From assembly GCA_964291315.2 (NCBI GenBank), contig OZ219753.1, positions 96,001 to 160,000 on the forward strand: 64,000 nt of DNA, read 5' to 3'. Below are positions 7,158 through 16,421 of this stretch, piece by piece (positions within the stretch are counted from its first letter, which is position 1; every line of letters starts with the position of its first letter). The notes under the pieces were generated by a model. That model was given only the letters and a program-made list of their open reading frames with translations. It was not told the origin of the DNA and did no database searches. The translations under genes and the position numbers were made by a program. The stretch comes from Candidatus Poribacteria bacterium (GTDB lineage Bacteria > Poribacteria > WGA-4E > WGA-3G).

Positions 7158-10100
7158 ATGAAAACAGCGAGAGGAATCTATAGACTCTTTTGCATACTAA
7201 CGATTTTAGGGTTTGTGTTTACAAGTTGGACGACGGCACACGCGCAACAAAACAGTGCTCAAAAAGCGTTCCTCGTCCTTGAACAGAACTGCCTCAATTG
7301 CCATGGAAAACATGGCTCCTTTACCGAAAATCTCATCATTGACGAAGACGGTCCCGCCAGTCTCATTGAAAGCGGTGCCGTTGTGCCCGGGGTCCCGCTC
7401 GTCTCTAAACTCTATACGCGGTTGACTACGAAAAACCTCGCAAAACGGATGCCTCTCGGACAACCGCAACTCGACGAGGCCTCCATCCGCGCGATCGGCG
7501 ATTGGATCTTACAGGGTGCCCCTAATTGGGTGGTCGAGCACGATGTAACCTTCATCAACACAAGCAAGATACTTACGGTGATGCAACAACACCTTCAGAC
7601 GCTCGATCCGTTCGACCGACCTTACGCTCGCTATTTCACGATGACGCACCTCTACAATGCTGCGGAAACGGGGGAAGCACTCAATGCCTACAAAGTTGCC
7701 CTCGCAAAACTGGTCAATAGTCTCTCGTGGGGGTTTGATATACACAACCCGCAACCCGTTGATGCCGCCGAGACGGTGTTCTACATCGACGTGCGTAACT
7801 ACGAATGGGACAAACAAGATGCATGGTCCCAAATTGAAGATGCGTATCCGTACGGCATGGAATTCGAGGGTAAACCTCAATTACAGGCGAAGCTCACGAG
7901 ACTCCGTCGGCTGACGAAAACGCAGTTGCCTTACGTCTACGCCGATTGGTTTCTGGCAACCGCTGTGCTTCCAACGCTTTATCACGACATCCTCGACCTG
8001 CCGGGGACAGACCGGGAATTGGAACGCAAGCTGGACGTAGAAGTTCAGCGTAACCTCCAGACTGCGCCGGGCGTGCGCGTCTGGCGTGCGGGTATGAATG
8101 ACTCGGGTGTCTCCAATCATAACCGCGTTGTGGAGCGCCACACGTCCCGATACGGTGCGTATTGGAAGAGCTACGACTTTGCAGGTAGCACGGGAGCACA
8201 GAACGTTTTCACGCATCCGTTGTCTTTCCAACAAGACGGTGGCGAAGTGGTGTTCAATCTGCCGAACGGTCTGCAGGCGTACTATATCTCGGATGCGACA
8301 GGCAATCGGCTGGATGATGCCCCGACGAACATCGTATCCAATCCAGCAGCGGATGATCCCGTCGTTCGCAACGGTTTATCCTGTTTCGGCTGCCACACAG
8401 AAGGAGTGAAACGGTTTGAAGATGAAGTGCGCGCAGTTGTTAGACAAACTAAGAACCCAGCGTTTGATAAGGCGCAGGCAGTGCGGCTTTATGTGGCGCA
8501 AGCCGTGATGGATCGTCTCTTAGATGAGGACACGGCGCGCTACAAGGCTGCGTTGGAAAAGACGGGCGGCGTTTTCGGCGGCATTGAACCGGTGCATCGC
8601 TTCTACGAGGCGTATCAGGGCGACGTAGATGGTGCATATGCAGCCGCATCGGTCGGTTTGGAGAGGAAGACGTTCCTATCCAAGATCCGTGAGAAGTCTA
8701 GTCTACAACGTCTCGGTTTAACGCCTTTCCTAAATGGTAAGAACGTAAAGCGCGATGTGTGGACCTCACGGTTTCCAACTGTGGTTTCAGCGTTGCATTC
8801 ACCAGAGCGAGAACCTGAACCAGTTGATCCTGATCCGGTACGACCCAATCCGGTCGCTGGTGACGGAGTCTACATTCCGGACGCGAACCTCCGGACAGCG
8901 ATTGTGGAAGCCCTCCGTCTAGCGCCAAACGAGTCAATTACTGTGGAAGCTATGAAACGTTTGACGCATTTGGTCGCCGATCGTAAAGGCATCCGTGACC
9001 TAACGGGGCTAGAGCAGGCGATAAACTTGGAGCGGATAGAGCTCCGTCACAACGCCGTCTCCGACTTGACCCCGCTGGCTGAATTGCGCAACTTGAACAA
9101 CATTAAATTGCGGGACAATGCCATCACCGATGTATCGCCTCTTTCGAACCTGATCAATGTAGATTGGATGGGGCTTGAGGAGAATGACATCTCCGATGTG
9201 TCGCCGCTAAGCGGACTCGTCAAATTGAACGGGATAGGCATTTCAGGAAACCCCGTCACGGACGTGTCATCTCTCGCCGGTTTAACCAGCTTAGAAGGGA
9301 TAGATGCATGGAACACGCGTATCTCGGATTTTTCCGCGTTAGCCAAGTTACCGAGGCTGAGCTGGATAGAAATGGGAAACGAAGCCTCTATCTCCGCTGT
9401 TCCCTCTCTAACGGGTTTAAAAGCACTGAAACGGCTTATACTTAACAACTGCAGTATCAGGGATGTGTCTGGGTTGGCGGGACTCCCGCGACTTGAATGG
9501 TTGGAACTCGTTAATAACGCAATCACAGATATTTCTGCGTTGCGCTCTCTAACCAGTTTGCGGACATTGAATCTGGATGCGAACGCCATATCAGATGTTT
9601 CGCCCCTCGCAGGATTAACGAACTTAGAGGTGTTGTACCTTGAGAACAACGTCATTTCAGATGTTTCGCCCCTCGCAGGATTAACAAAGTTGCAACGACT
9701 TAGATTGCAGTCCAATCCCAATCTCAGGGGGTTGTCTGCCTTGGCAAAACTCACGCGGCTCGAATGGCTAGACTTGGTGAATACCGACATACAAGATATT
9801 TCTGCGTTGCGCTCTCTAACCGGTTTGCAAACATTGCTCCTGCAAGCGAATGCCATATCAGATGTTTCGCCCCTCGCAGGATTAACCGGTTTAAAGGCGT
9901 TGTACCTTGAAGAAAACGATATATCAGATGTTTCGCCCCTTGCGGGGCTAAAAAACTTGGAGCAACTTGACTTGCGGGACAACGATATATCAGATGTTTC
10001 GCCTCTTGCAGGATTAACAAACTTGAAGCGACTTGACTTGCGGAAAAACGATATAGAAGACTTTTCGCCTTTAGACGCACTCCGGTCTCAAACTTTTATC

Positions 10101-11009
10101 CAGATGCTACACACCTCTGTGGAGGGCTTGCCACCTATGACAGGGCCATGGCTCTGGATGATCGTCCCCACGCTCGATGCTTGGGGCAGCGATGCGGCAC
10201 ATTCCGGCAAGGATTACCTTGCAGCGGCCAGCGGTGGAAAAGTAACGGAGCTCAAAATCGCCAATAACGGCGCAACGGAAGGGAGCCCGGTCGGAGATAA
10301 GGTCTGGACAGTAGGCGAATTATCCCCCACCGGCGGTGACAATCTCAACGAGATGGCGAACGCCACCGGCTTGGGCTCCGGCCGTATAGACACTCACGTC
10401 GCCTACGGTTCGCTCACCTTGAAATCACCGAGAGTACAAAAGACGACCATGCTCGTCGGCAGCGACGATTCCGTGAAAGTCTGGCTCAACGGGACGCTCG
10501 TTCACAACCATGCTGTGATCCGAGGAGCGGATGATTACCAAGAACAGTTCTCCGTTACGTTGAGACAGGGCTACAACATTTTATTGGTTGCTGTCTACGA
10601 AGCTCATGGAGGATGGAGCGGGTTTTTCGGGTTCGCCCGTGGCACCGACTATGAGGTGATTCCCCCCGGCACTGTGAGGGTTGCGGGTAATGGCCCCATT
10701 CGCCCTGTCTTGCCTGAAGAGACAGTCCTCCTCCACAACTACCCGAACCCGTTCAATCCGGAGACGTGGATACCGTATCAACTTTCGGAAGCTGCGGAGG
10801 TGACGGTGCGTATCTACGCAGCCAACGGGGCGTTGGTGCGGACGTTGGATGTTGGGCATCAACCCGCAGGTCGCTACAACACCCGGACTCGTGCTGTGCA
10901 TTGGGATGGCAAAAATGAGGTGGGTGAGTCTGTTGCGAGCGGGATCTATTTCTATACGTTCACCGCACGCAACTTCACGGCTACACGGAAGATGCTCATC
11001 CGGAAATAG
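7158..11009 (+). CDS. Secreted c-type cytochrome / leucine-rich-repeat protein with C-terminal T9SS-A/FlgD-like domain
   Basis: AGGAG RBS and ATG 7158. Signal peptide ending ...AHA|QQ. Two CxxCH motifs (CLNCH, CFGCH). Roughly 17 internalin-like 22-aa LRRs (L..L.L..N.ISDVSPLAGL). Beta-sandwich 'GSDD.VKVWLNG'. C-terminal 'NYPNPFNPETWIPYQL...WDGKN...ATRKMLIRK'. Confidence 0.9.
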   Translation: MKTARGIYRLFCILTILGFVFTSWTTAHAQQNSAQKAFLVLEQNCLNCHGKHGSFTENLIIDEDGPASLIESGAVVPGVPLVSKLYTRLTTKNLAKRMPLGQPQLDEASIRAIGDWILQGAPNWVVEHDVTFINTSKILTVMQQHLQTLDPFDRPYARYFTMTHLYNAAETGEALNAYKVALAKLVNSLSWGFDIHNPQPVDAAETVFYIDVRNYEWDKQDAWSQIEDAYPYGMEFEGKPQLQAKLTRLRRLTKTQLPYVYADWFLATAVLPTLYHDILDLPGTDRELERKLDVEVQRNLQTAPGVRVWRAGMNDSGVSNHNRVVERHTSRYGAYWKSYDFAGSTGAQNVFTHPLSFQQDGGEVVFNLPNGLQAYYISDATGNRLDDAPTNIVSNPAADDPVVRNGLSCFGCHTEGVKRFEDEVRAVVRQTKNPAFDKAQAVRLYVAQAVMDRLLDEDTARYKAALEKTGGVFGGIEPVHRFYEAYQGDVDGAYAAASVGLERKTFLSKIREKSSLQRLGLTPFLNGKNVKRDVWTSRFPTVVSALHSPEREPEPVDPDPVRPNPVAGDGVYIPDANLRTAIVEALRLAPNESITVEAMKRLTHLVADRKGIRDLTGLEQAINLERIELRHNAVSDLTPLAELRNLNNIKLRDNAITDVSPLSNLINVDWMGLEENDISDVSPLSGLVKLNGIGISGNPVTDVSSLAGLTSLEGIDAWNTRISDFSALAKLPRLSWIEMGNEASISAVPSLTGLKALKRLILNNCSIRDVSGLAGLPRLEWLELVNNAITDISALRSLTSLRTLNLDANAISDVSPLAGLTNLEVLYLENNVISDVSPLAGLTKLQRLRLQSNPNLRGLSALAKLTRLEWLDLVNTDIQDISALRSLTGLQTLLLQANAISDVSPLAGLTGLKALYLEENDISDVSPLAGLKNLEQLDLRDNDISDVSPLAGLTNLKRLDLRKNDIEDFSPLDALRSQTFIQMLHTSVEGLPPMTGPWLWMIVPTLDAWGSDAAHSGKDYLAAASGGKVTELKIANNGATEGSPVGDKVWTVGELSPTGGDNLNEMANATGLGSGRIDTHVAYGSLTLKSPRVQKTTMLVGSDDSVKVWLNGTLVHNHAVIRGADDYQEQFSVTLRQGYNILLVAVYEAHGGWSGFFGFARGTDYEVIPPGTVRVAGNGPIRPVLPEETVLLHNYPNPFNPETWIPYQLSEAAEVTVRIYAANGALVRTLDVGHQPAGRYNTRTRAVHWDGKNEVGESVASGIYFYTFTARNFTATRKMLIRK

Positions 11010-11023
11010 ACACGGACTATAAT

Positions 11024-11122
11024 ACTGGCGCGAGGTTGCTCTAAGAGGTGGTCAGAGCCGTTATGAGGTCGGAAGGCGCTAACGCTCTGATTTTAACCAC
11101 TTCTGCACCCGCGCCAGTTTTT
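11024..11122 (+). terminator. Long imperfect hairpin followed by a T-run (terminator or small structured RNA)
   Basis: Nested arms ACTGGCGCG/CGCGCCAGT, AGAGGTGGT/ACCACTTCT, CAGAG/CTCTG and CGTTA/TAACG, then TTTT. Confidence 0.55.
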
Positions 11123-11197
11123 CTGTCACAAAACCGGCATGCACCGATACCCACGGTAGGCATATGGAGAGGCTCTGAACTCAAAAAAGGGAGTTAT

Positions 11198-11226
11198 TTG
11201 ACTCTAATTTTGTCGTGTGTTATACT
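11198..11226 (+). promoter_or_regulatory. sigma70 promoter of amidohydrolase
   Basis: TTGACT, 17 nt, TATACT with an extended TG. Confidence 0.7.
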
Positions 11227-11276
11227 TCAAAGGAGGCATATACTTAATCTGTAGACGTGGACTGTGAGGAGCGTAG

Positions 11277-12125
11277 ATGCTTAAGATCATTGATACACAC
11301 CAACACCTTTGGGATACTGGGAACTTGGATTATCCGTGGCTGGAAGGGTTTGATCGATTAAAAAAACGGTATACGCTGCAAGACTATCGTGAGGCGGTTG
11401 CGGGTATTAACGTCGTGAAGTCGGTTCACGTTGAAGCGGATCCGGCTGAGACGGATGTCGTCAAGGAGGTTAAATGGTTAACAGGTCTCTCAGAGCCAGA
11501 CGGCATGATAGGGGCGATAGCGGCGGCAGCGCCGCTGGAAAAGGTTAACGTTGAATCTGTGCTTGAGGAATTGGTTGAATTTCCGCTTGTGGTGGCTGTT
11601 CGCCGGATGGCGTGGCATCATCCCGACCCGCAGTTTTATGCGATGCCTGAGTTGATTAATGGCGTAAGGTTATTGGAGAAGTTCAATCTTTCTTTTGAGC
11701 TTTGTGCGAATCAGGAGCAGCTGCCTGCGGCGATCACGTTGGTGAAGGCAACCCCCGGGGTCCGCCACGCCCTCAATCACTGTGGAGGCCCGGATATAAA
11801 AGGGGGGCAATTTGAGTCTTGGGCGGCCCATATAGCGGAACTTGCCTCTTTCGAGAACGTCTACTGCAAGGTATCGGGGATTGTAACGGCCGCAGGCGAC
11901 AGCTGGACGCGTGAAGCCCTTAAGCCGTATATCCAACGTCTCGTCGAGCTCTTTGGTTATGAACGTTTGATATTTGGGAGTGATTGGCCCGTGTGTAATT
12001 TAGCGGCTACCTATCAGGACTGGTTAGCGGCGCTTTTATGGGCTGTTGATGATGCTTCAGATGCGGAGAGAAACAGGTTGTTCTATGAAAATGCTGTGAA
12101 ATTCTATTCACTCTCTATTCTGTGA
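11277..12125 (+). CDS. Amidohydrolase_2 family protein (L-fuconolactonase-like sugar lactonase)
   Basis: 'IIDTHQHLW', 'NHCGGP', 'NVYCKVSG' and 'FGSDWPV'. Confidence 0.9.
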   Translation: MLKIIDTHQHLWDTGNLDYPWLEGFDRLKKRYTLQDYREAVAGINVVKSVHVEADPAETDVVKEVKWLTGLSEPDGMIGAIAAAAPLEKVNVESVLEELVEFPLVVAVRRMAWHHPDPQFYAMPELINGVRLLEKFNLSFELCANQEQLPAAITLVKATPGVRHALNHCGGPDIKGGQFESWAAHIAELASFENVYCKVSGIVTAAGDSWTREALKPYIQRLVELFGYERLIFGSDWPVCNLAATYQDWLAALLWAVDDASDAERNRLFYENAVKFYSLSIL

Positions 12126-12128
12126 CAT

Positions 12129-12157
12129 TTGACTTTTTAACGTATCTGTGCTATAAT
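12129..12157 (+). promoter_or_regulatory. sigma70 promoter of cys cluster
   Basis: TTGACT, 17 nt, TATAAT with TGn extension. Confidence 0.8.
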
Positions 12158-12198
12158 TAATCAAGCTGAGTCAACAACCGTTTTGATCATAGCAATAA

Positions 12199-13173
12199 GT
12201 GTCCCGTGATCCTGCTGAGCAGATGAGAATAGCCAAAAACCTGACAGACCTCATCGGTAATACGCCAATGATTCGTCTGAACGCCTTGCCTGGTAAAGAC
12301 GATGCAACTATTTTCGCGAAGCTGGAATCTTACAACCCCGGTGGTAGCATAAAGGATCGGATTAGTTATGCGATGGTAGTTGATGCGGAAGAGCGCGGCA
12401 TTCTCAGAAGTGGGGATACGATCGTTGAACCTACGGCTGGCAACACGGGTTTGGGTCTCTCTATTGTCGGGATTGCGCGGGGTTACTCTGTAATTTTGAC
12501 GATGCCTGAAAATGTGAGTCGTGAAAAATATGAGCTGCTGTCTGCGTTCGGTGCGAAGATTGTGTTAACGCCTGAGCACGGCGGCATGGCAAGTGCGATT
12601 TGGGAGGCGGAAGAGATTGTCAGGCGGCATCCGAAACACTATATGCCGAACCAGTTCACGAATCTGGCGAACCCGGAGATTCACCGCCGGACCACCGCTG
12701 TCGAGATTCTTAAAGCCGTTGGCAGTGATATCGATTTTTTTGTTACAGGAGTTGGAACAGGAGGCACCTTGACAGGCGTTGGCGAAGTATTAAAAACAGA
12801 GTGTCCGAATGTGAAAGTGATTGCCGTGGAACCTCAGGTTTCAGCGGTGCTCTCTGGAGGTCCCCCCGGACCGACCCGGATTGATGGCCTCGGGGCGGGG
12901 ATGATTCCTGAAGTCCTGAACGTAGATGTGATTGATGAAGTTATTGCGGTTTCTGAAGAAGTGGCATACCAAACCATGAAGTCCATTTCAACAACCGAAG
13001 GGTTATTGGTCGGTATGTCGTCTGGCGCGAGTGTGTATGCAGCATTACAGGTTGCCAAGCAGCACGGTTCCGATAAAACGGTTGTGACGATTCTGCCGGA
13101 CACGGGCGAGCGTTATTTCAGCTTAAATCGTTATTTTGAAGTCGAATCGGACGTTATGGAGATGCTACCATAA
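12199..13173 (+). CDS. cysK: Cysteine synthase (PLP-dependent O-acetyl/O-phosphoserine sulfhydrylase)
   Basis: 'IGNTP', 'KLE..NPGGSIKDR' (PLP Lys), 'EPTAGNTG', 'NQF.N' and 'GTGGT'. The true start may be ATG 12223. Confidence 0.92.
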   Translation: MSRDPAEQMRIAKNLTDLIGNTPMIRLNALPGKDDATIFAKLESYNPGGSIKDRISYAMVVDAEERGILRSGDTIVEPTAGNTGLGLSIVGIARGYSVILTMPENVSREKYELLSAFGAKIVLTPEHGGMASAIWEAEEIVRRHPKHYMPNQFTNLANPEIHRRTTAVEILKAVGSDIDFFVTGVGTGGTLTGVGEVLKTECPNVKVIAVEPQVSAVLSGGPPGPTRIDGLGAGMIPEVLNVDVIDEVIAVSEEVAYQTMKSISTTEGLLVGMSSGASVYAALQVAKQHGSDKTVVTILPDTGERYFSLNRYFEVESDVMEMLP

Positions 13174-13225
13174 CCTTATCAAGGCCCTGCCTTTAGACGA
13201 GGGATAGTATTAAAAGGCGTTATCA

Positions 13226-13999
13226 ATGACCGAGAACCCAACTAATGAACGCTTGAACCAGTCGGTAGACAATCTGCTCTGCCAAGAAATAGCGTTGACA
13301 GAGACTCCCCAAGAAATCCTTTTTTCTCTCTTTAAACGGTTCAAAGGCCGCGCTGCAATCGTCACGAGCGGGCAGCTGTCAGGTATGGTTTTGATTCACT
13401 TGGCGGCTGAAAATCAGCTGCCTTTCCGGGTTTGCACGCTCGATACCCTGCGCCTCTTGCCAGAAACGTACGCCTTCCTTGATAAAGTAGAAGCGCGCTA
13501 CGGCATTCAGATTGAGCGGATTCAGCCCGACCCACAAGAAATCCGACAAATGATTGCAGAGCACGGTGAGTATCTGTTTTTTGACAGCAAGGCTAAACAG
13601 GAATACTGCTGTAATATCAGGAAGGTGCGTCCCATGCAACGACTCTTGGAGACGCTGGACGTTTGGATAACGGGTTTGCGCCGCGACCAGTCCGATGCCA
13701 GAAAACAACTCCGTAAGGCGGAGATCGTATCATCGGCGGCCCACCCTGTGCTGAAAGTTAATCCACTTCTTCAGTGGACTATTGATGACATATGGCAGTT
13801 TGTTCGTGACAACGATGTTCCTGTAAATCCACTGCTTGAAACTGATGCGGATGGACACTATTATGAATCGATCGGTTGTGTTATCTGCACAACGCCGATC
13901 AAACCTGGGGAACCCAAACGCGCAGGCCGGTGGCGTTGGCAAAACGCTGCTCCGGCTGCGGAAAATACTAAAGAGTGTGGGTTGCATTTCTCGATTTAA
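13226..13999 (+). CDS. cysH: Adenosine-5'-phosphosulfate (APS) reductase, 4Fe-4S type
   Basis: 'LDT', 'CC..RKV.P', 'WITGLRRDQS', 'SIGCVICT' (CC...CxxC iron-sulfur ligands), 'RAGRW' and C-terminal 'ECGLH'. Confidence 0.92.
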   Translation: MTENPTNERLNQSVDNLLCQEIALTETPQEILFSLFKRFKGRAAIVTSGQLSGMVLIHLAAENQLPFRVCTLDTLRLLPETYAFLDKVEARYGIQIERIQPDPQEIRQMIAEHGEYLFFDSKAKQEYCCNIRKVRPMQRLLETLDVWITGLRRDQSDARKQLRKAEIVSSAAHPVLKVNPLLQWTIDDIWQFVRDNDVPVNPLLETDADGHYYESIGCVICTTPIKPGEPKRAGRWRWQNAAPAAENTKECGLHFSI

Positions 14000-14132
14000 T
14001 GAAAAGATTCAGTCATGCTGCTGTGGTTTTTAATCGCGCGTATACTTTAATCTACGAAGTAAGACGAAGAATCTTGATGTTCGCAACAATACGTTTAATA
14101 CAAATAATACAAAAAAGGGGGAGATTTATTCC

Positions 14133-14420
14133 ATGTCTGTAACAGTTCGCATTCCAACGCCGCTGAGACGCTTGACGCAAAACTTAGCAGAAGTTGAGAT
14201 GGAAGGTACCAATATTGAGGGAATTATTGACAATCTTGAGGCGAGTTATCCGGGAATGAAAGAGCGTCTCTGTGATGAAGGCGGCAATATCCGTCGGTTT
14301 GTCAATATTTATCTGAACGATGAAGATATCCGCTTTCTTGATGGAAAGGCCACGGTTGTCGCAGATGGTGCTGAAATTTCAATTATTCCCGCGATTGCTG
14401 GTGGAAGCCACCTGTCGTAA
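14133..14420 (+). CDS. MoaD/ThiS/CysO-family ubiquitin-like sulfur carrier with C-terminal extension
   Basis: 'VRIPTPLR', 'RRFVNIYLN.EDIRFL.G' and 'IIPAIAGG' followed by SHLS. Confidence 0.92.
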   Translation: MSVTVRIPTPLRRLTQNLAEVEMEGTNIEGIIDNLEASYPGMKERLCDEGGNIRRFVNIYLNDEDIRFLDGKATVVADGAEISIIPAIAGGSHLS

Positions 14421-14494
14421 TGGTTGTTGGGTGTTATTTGTCGGTGGAACGGCTATCGGCAATTAGCGATTTACTGACGGCTGGTGGTTATTCA

Positions 14495-14953
14495 ATGTTA
14501 GCTTTGCAACGTGAAACCCTCACCCATATTTATGCGCATGCAAAATCGGAATTCCCTGATGAATGCTGTGGTGCGATTTTGAGTGACGGAACGCGTGAAT
14601 TTGTCTGGAAATGCCGGAATATACAGAACGAACTCCATCAGAAAGATCCTGATACTTATCCGCGGAACGCGCGCACGGCGTACGTCATACACCCTGATGA
14701 TTTAATTGCTCTTCATAAAGAGACAGAGACTAAGGATCTGCAGATTAAGGTGTTTTATCACTCACACCCGAATCATGAGGCCTACTTTTCTAAAAAGGAC
14801 AGAGGCGACGCGATGATGTGGGGGGAACCGGCCTATCCGGATACTACGTATCTGGTTATCTCCGTTTATAATGCTGAGATACGAGCCGTGAGGGCTTTCG
14901 CCTGGGGTGAAGAAACCAGAGATTTTTTTGAAGTGCCCCTTGCAAAAACTTAA
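14495..14953 (+). CDS. JAB/MPN+ (M67, Mec-like) metalloprotease
   Basis: 'P.ECCG' and 'YHSHP....YFS..D' JAMM motif. Start placed at ATG 14495. Confidence 0.9.
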   Translation: MLALQRETLTHIYAHAKSEFPDECCGAILSDGTREFVWKCRNIQNELHQKDPDTYPRNARTAYVIHPDDLIALHKETETKDLQIKVFYHSHPNHEAYFSKKDRGDAMMWGEPAYPDTTYLVISVYNAEIRAVRAFAWGEETRDFFEVPLAKT

Positions 14954-15187
14954 TAGCAAACGTCTGCTAAATAGGCCAAAACGCTACTTGTATTTTCCAA
15001 AACGGACGGGTGGTTTGATTCTGTTGAGCATCGGTGCCTACTAATTCGTGCGTATTTACGAGCGAACTACAAGCTTGCTGTAAATATTAATAACACTGAA
15101 ATCCTATGTGCTAGTGCTCTTGTGAATTGCGAAAAATCAGTAGAAGCGGCTTTCAGTTTTGAGAAAAAACGTTTCCTATCAAGTCTT

Positions 15188-16270
15188 TCATTGCTGAAGG
15201 CTAAAGTCGTTCTGCTGTTTGATAAAAATGCGGTAGATATCCTCAAAAAGTCTGACATCCGTGAGCGTGTCTTCGGCTGAGGAGCGAAAAGGTTCATCGT
15301 TGCGGAGATTCGCAATAAAGTATTCCGCTTCTCTATGATATGCCCAGGTCCAGCTTGGTCTGGGAATCGGATGGGTGATTTCTTGTTCTTCTCCGGCGCG
15401 ATAGATTTCGACCTCTGCTGGGGTATTTTTGAGGAGCAAAGGCGGTGCCCAGGTATGCACCCACCCATTTTCAAAATAGATTTGACTGTGCTCATCCCAC
15501 CGGTAGTGAGAAACATGCCCTGTTTCTAACGTCACACGGATACCGTCCATATCGAAGATAACGATGCCAGAATATCCGTTCTGGTCTAAATCGACTGCTT
15601 TGACGGTGACCTTGTCTCCGGCATCGAGAAACCAACGCATGAGATTGATATTGTGTGTGTATTGCTGTAGATATCCGATGTATGAATCGCGCCAGCGTTC
15701 AGGTATCCATTTTGGGGTTTTGGCAGGGGCGGCGGGTTTATCTTCGGTAGTATTGTCCATAGGAGTGTCGAGGTTGCAGACCCAGTTGCCCCCGAATCCG
15801 TGATTTCTGGCGTACGTCAAACGCCCGAGTTCGCCGGTTTCTCGAAATTGCGCGATTTTTGCCTTGGCGATTTCGTTACCGGCATCGTATCGTTTCATAT
15901 AGCCTACCATTAGTTTTTTGCCGGACGTTTTAGCTGCTGCTACGATGGTTTCTGCTTGTTCGACTGAGACAGCCATGGGTTTCTCCATGAAGACGTGCTT
16001 CCCTGCGAGCAGCAGGTCTTTTGCGATTTCGCCTTGTAAAGCGAAGTCTGCGGATACAGCTACCGCCTCAATATCGGTGTTTTGTGCAAGTTCGTTGTGG
16101 TCTCGATAGCGTTTGGGGATACCGAAGCGGTTTTGTACTTTTTGCCCGAGTTCAGATCGTACTTCGGCGAGCCCGATGAGCTCACAGTCTGGAATGCTCA
16201 CAAAATTTGGGATGTGGACCTTCTGTGCCATGAATCCACATCCGATATAACCGAGTCGAATTTTTCCCAT
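15188..16270 (-). CDS. Gfo/Idh/MocA family oxidoreductase
   Basis: 'IGCG' Rossmann motif, 'GKHVFMEKP' and 'VGYMKRY'. Confidence 0.92.
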   Translation of the reverse strand: MGKIRLGYIGCGFMAQKVHIPNFVSIPDCELIGLAEVRSELGQKVQNRFGIPKRYRDHNELAQNTDIEAVAVSADFALQGEIAKDLLLAGKHVFMEKPMAVSVEQAETIVAAAKTSGKKLMVGYMKRYDAGNEIAKAKIAQFRETGELGRLTYARNHGFGGNWVCNLDTPMDNTTEDKPAAPAKTPKWIPERWRDSYIGYLQQYTHNINLMRWFLDAGDKVTVKAVDLDQNGYSGIVIFDMDGIRVTLETGHVSHYRWDEHSQIYFENGWVHTWAPPLLLKNTPAEVEIYRAGEEQEITHPIPRPSWTWAYHREAEYFIANLRNDEPFRSSAEDTLTDVRLFEDIYRIFIKQQNDFSLQQ

Positions 16271-16421
16271 TTTTTTATAGGTTGCCCCTTCTGGGTTCCA
16301 CGCTCCATATCTGCTGAGGGTTCTTTTTCTTCAATCTTGGTTCAATCAGCGGAGAAGATAGCACTACTCAATAGGCGGCGCGATACCTCTATCGCTGATG
16401 TCGGAAATTAAGTACCGGTAA

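Noticed and set aside
9047-10080. Long antisense ORFs with periodic sequence (9047..9982, 9751..10080)
   Set aside because: These are shadows of the repetitive LRR coding strand.
10730-11009. DGR template/variable repeat between the two CTD-coding regions (also 46985-47266)
   Set aside because: Differences are spread over synonymous sites rather than being adenine-specific, and there is no reverse transcriptase in the window. Ordinary paralogy.
11060-11085. GAGGTCGGAAGG resembling SRP (4.5S) RNA domain IV
   Set aside because: It lacks the conserved CAGG...GGAA...AGCAG symmetric loop. Kept only as an unexplained hairpin.
14420-14494. N-terminal extension of the JAB ORF from ATG 14420
   Set aside because: The region resembles the degenerate intergenic repeat, and Mec-like similarity begins at Met 14495.
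14133-14953. Ubiquitin-like + JAB pair as an anti-phage (CBASS/Bil) system
   Set aside because: No E1/E2, CD-NTase or effector gene is present, and the cysK/cysH context indicates sulfur metabolism.
15067-15516. 149-aa minus-strand ORF overlapping the Gfo/Idh/MocA gene
   Set aside because: An alternative-frame overlap with no recognisable motifs.
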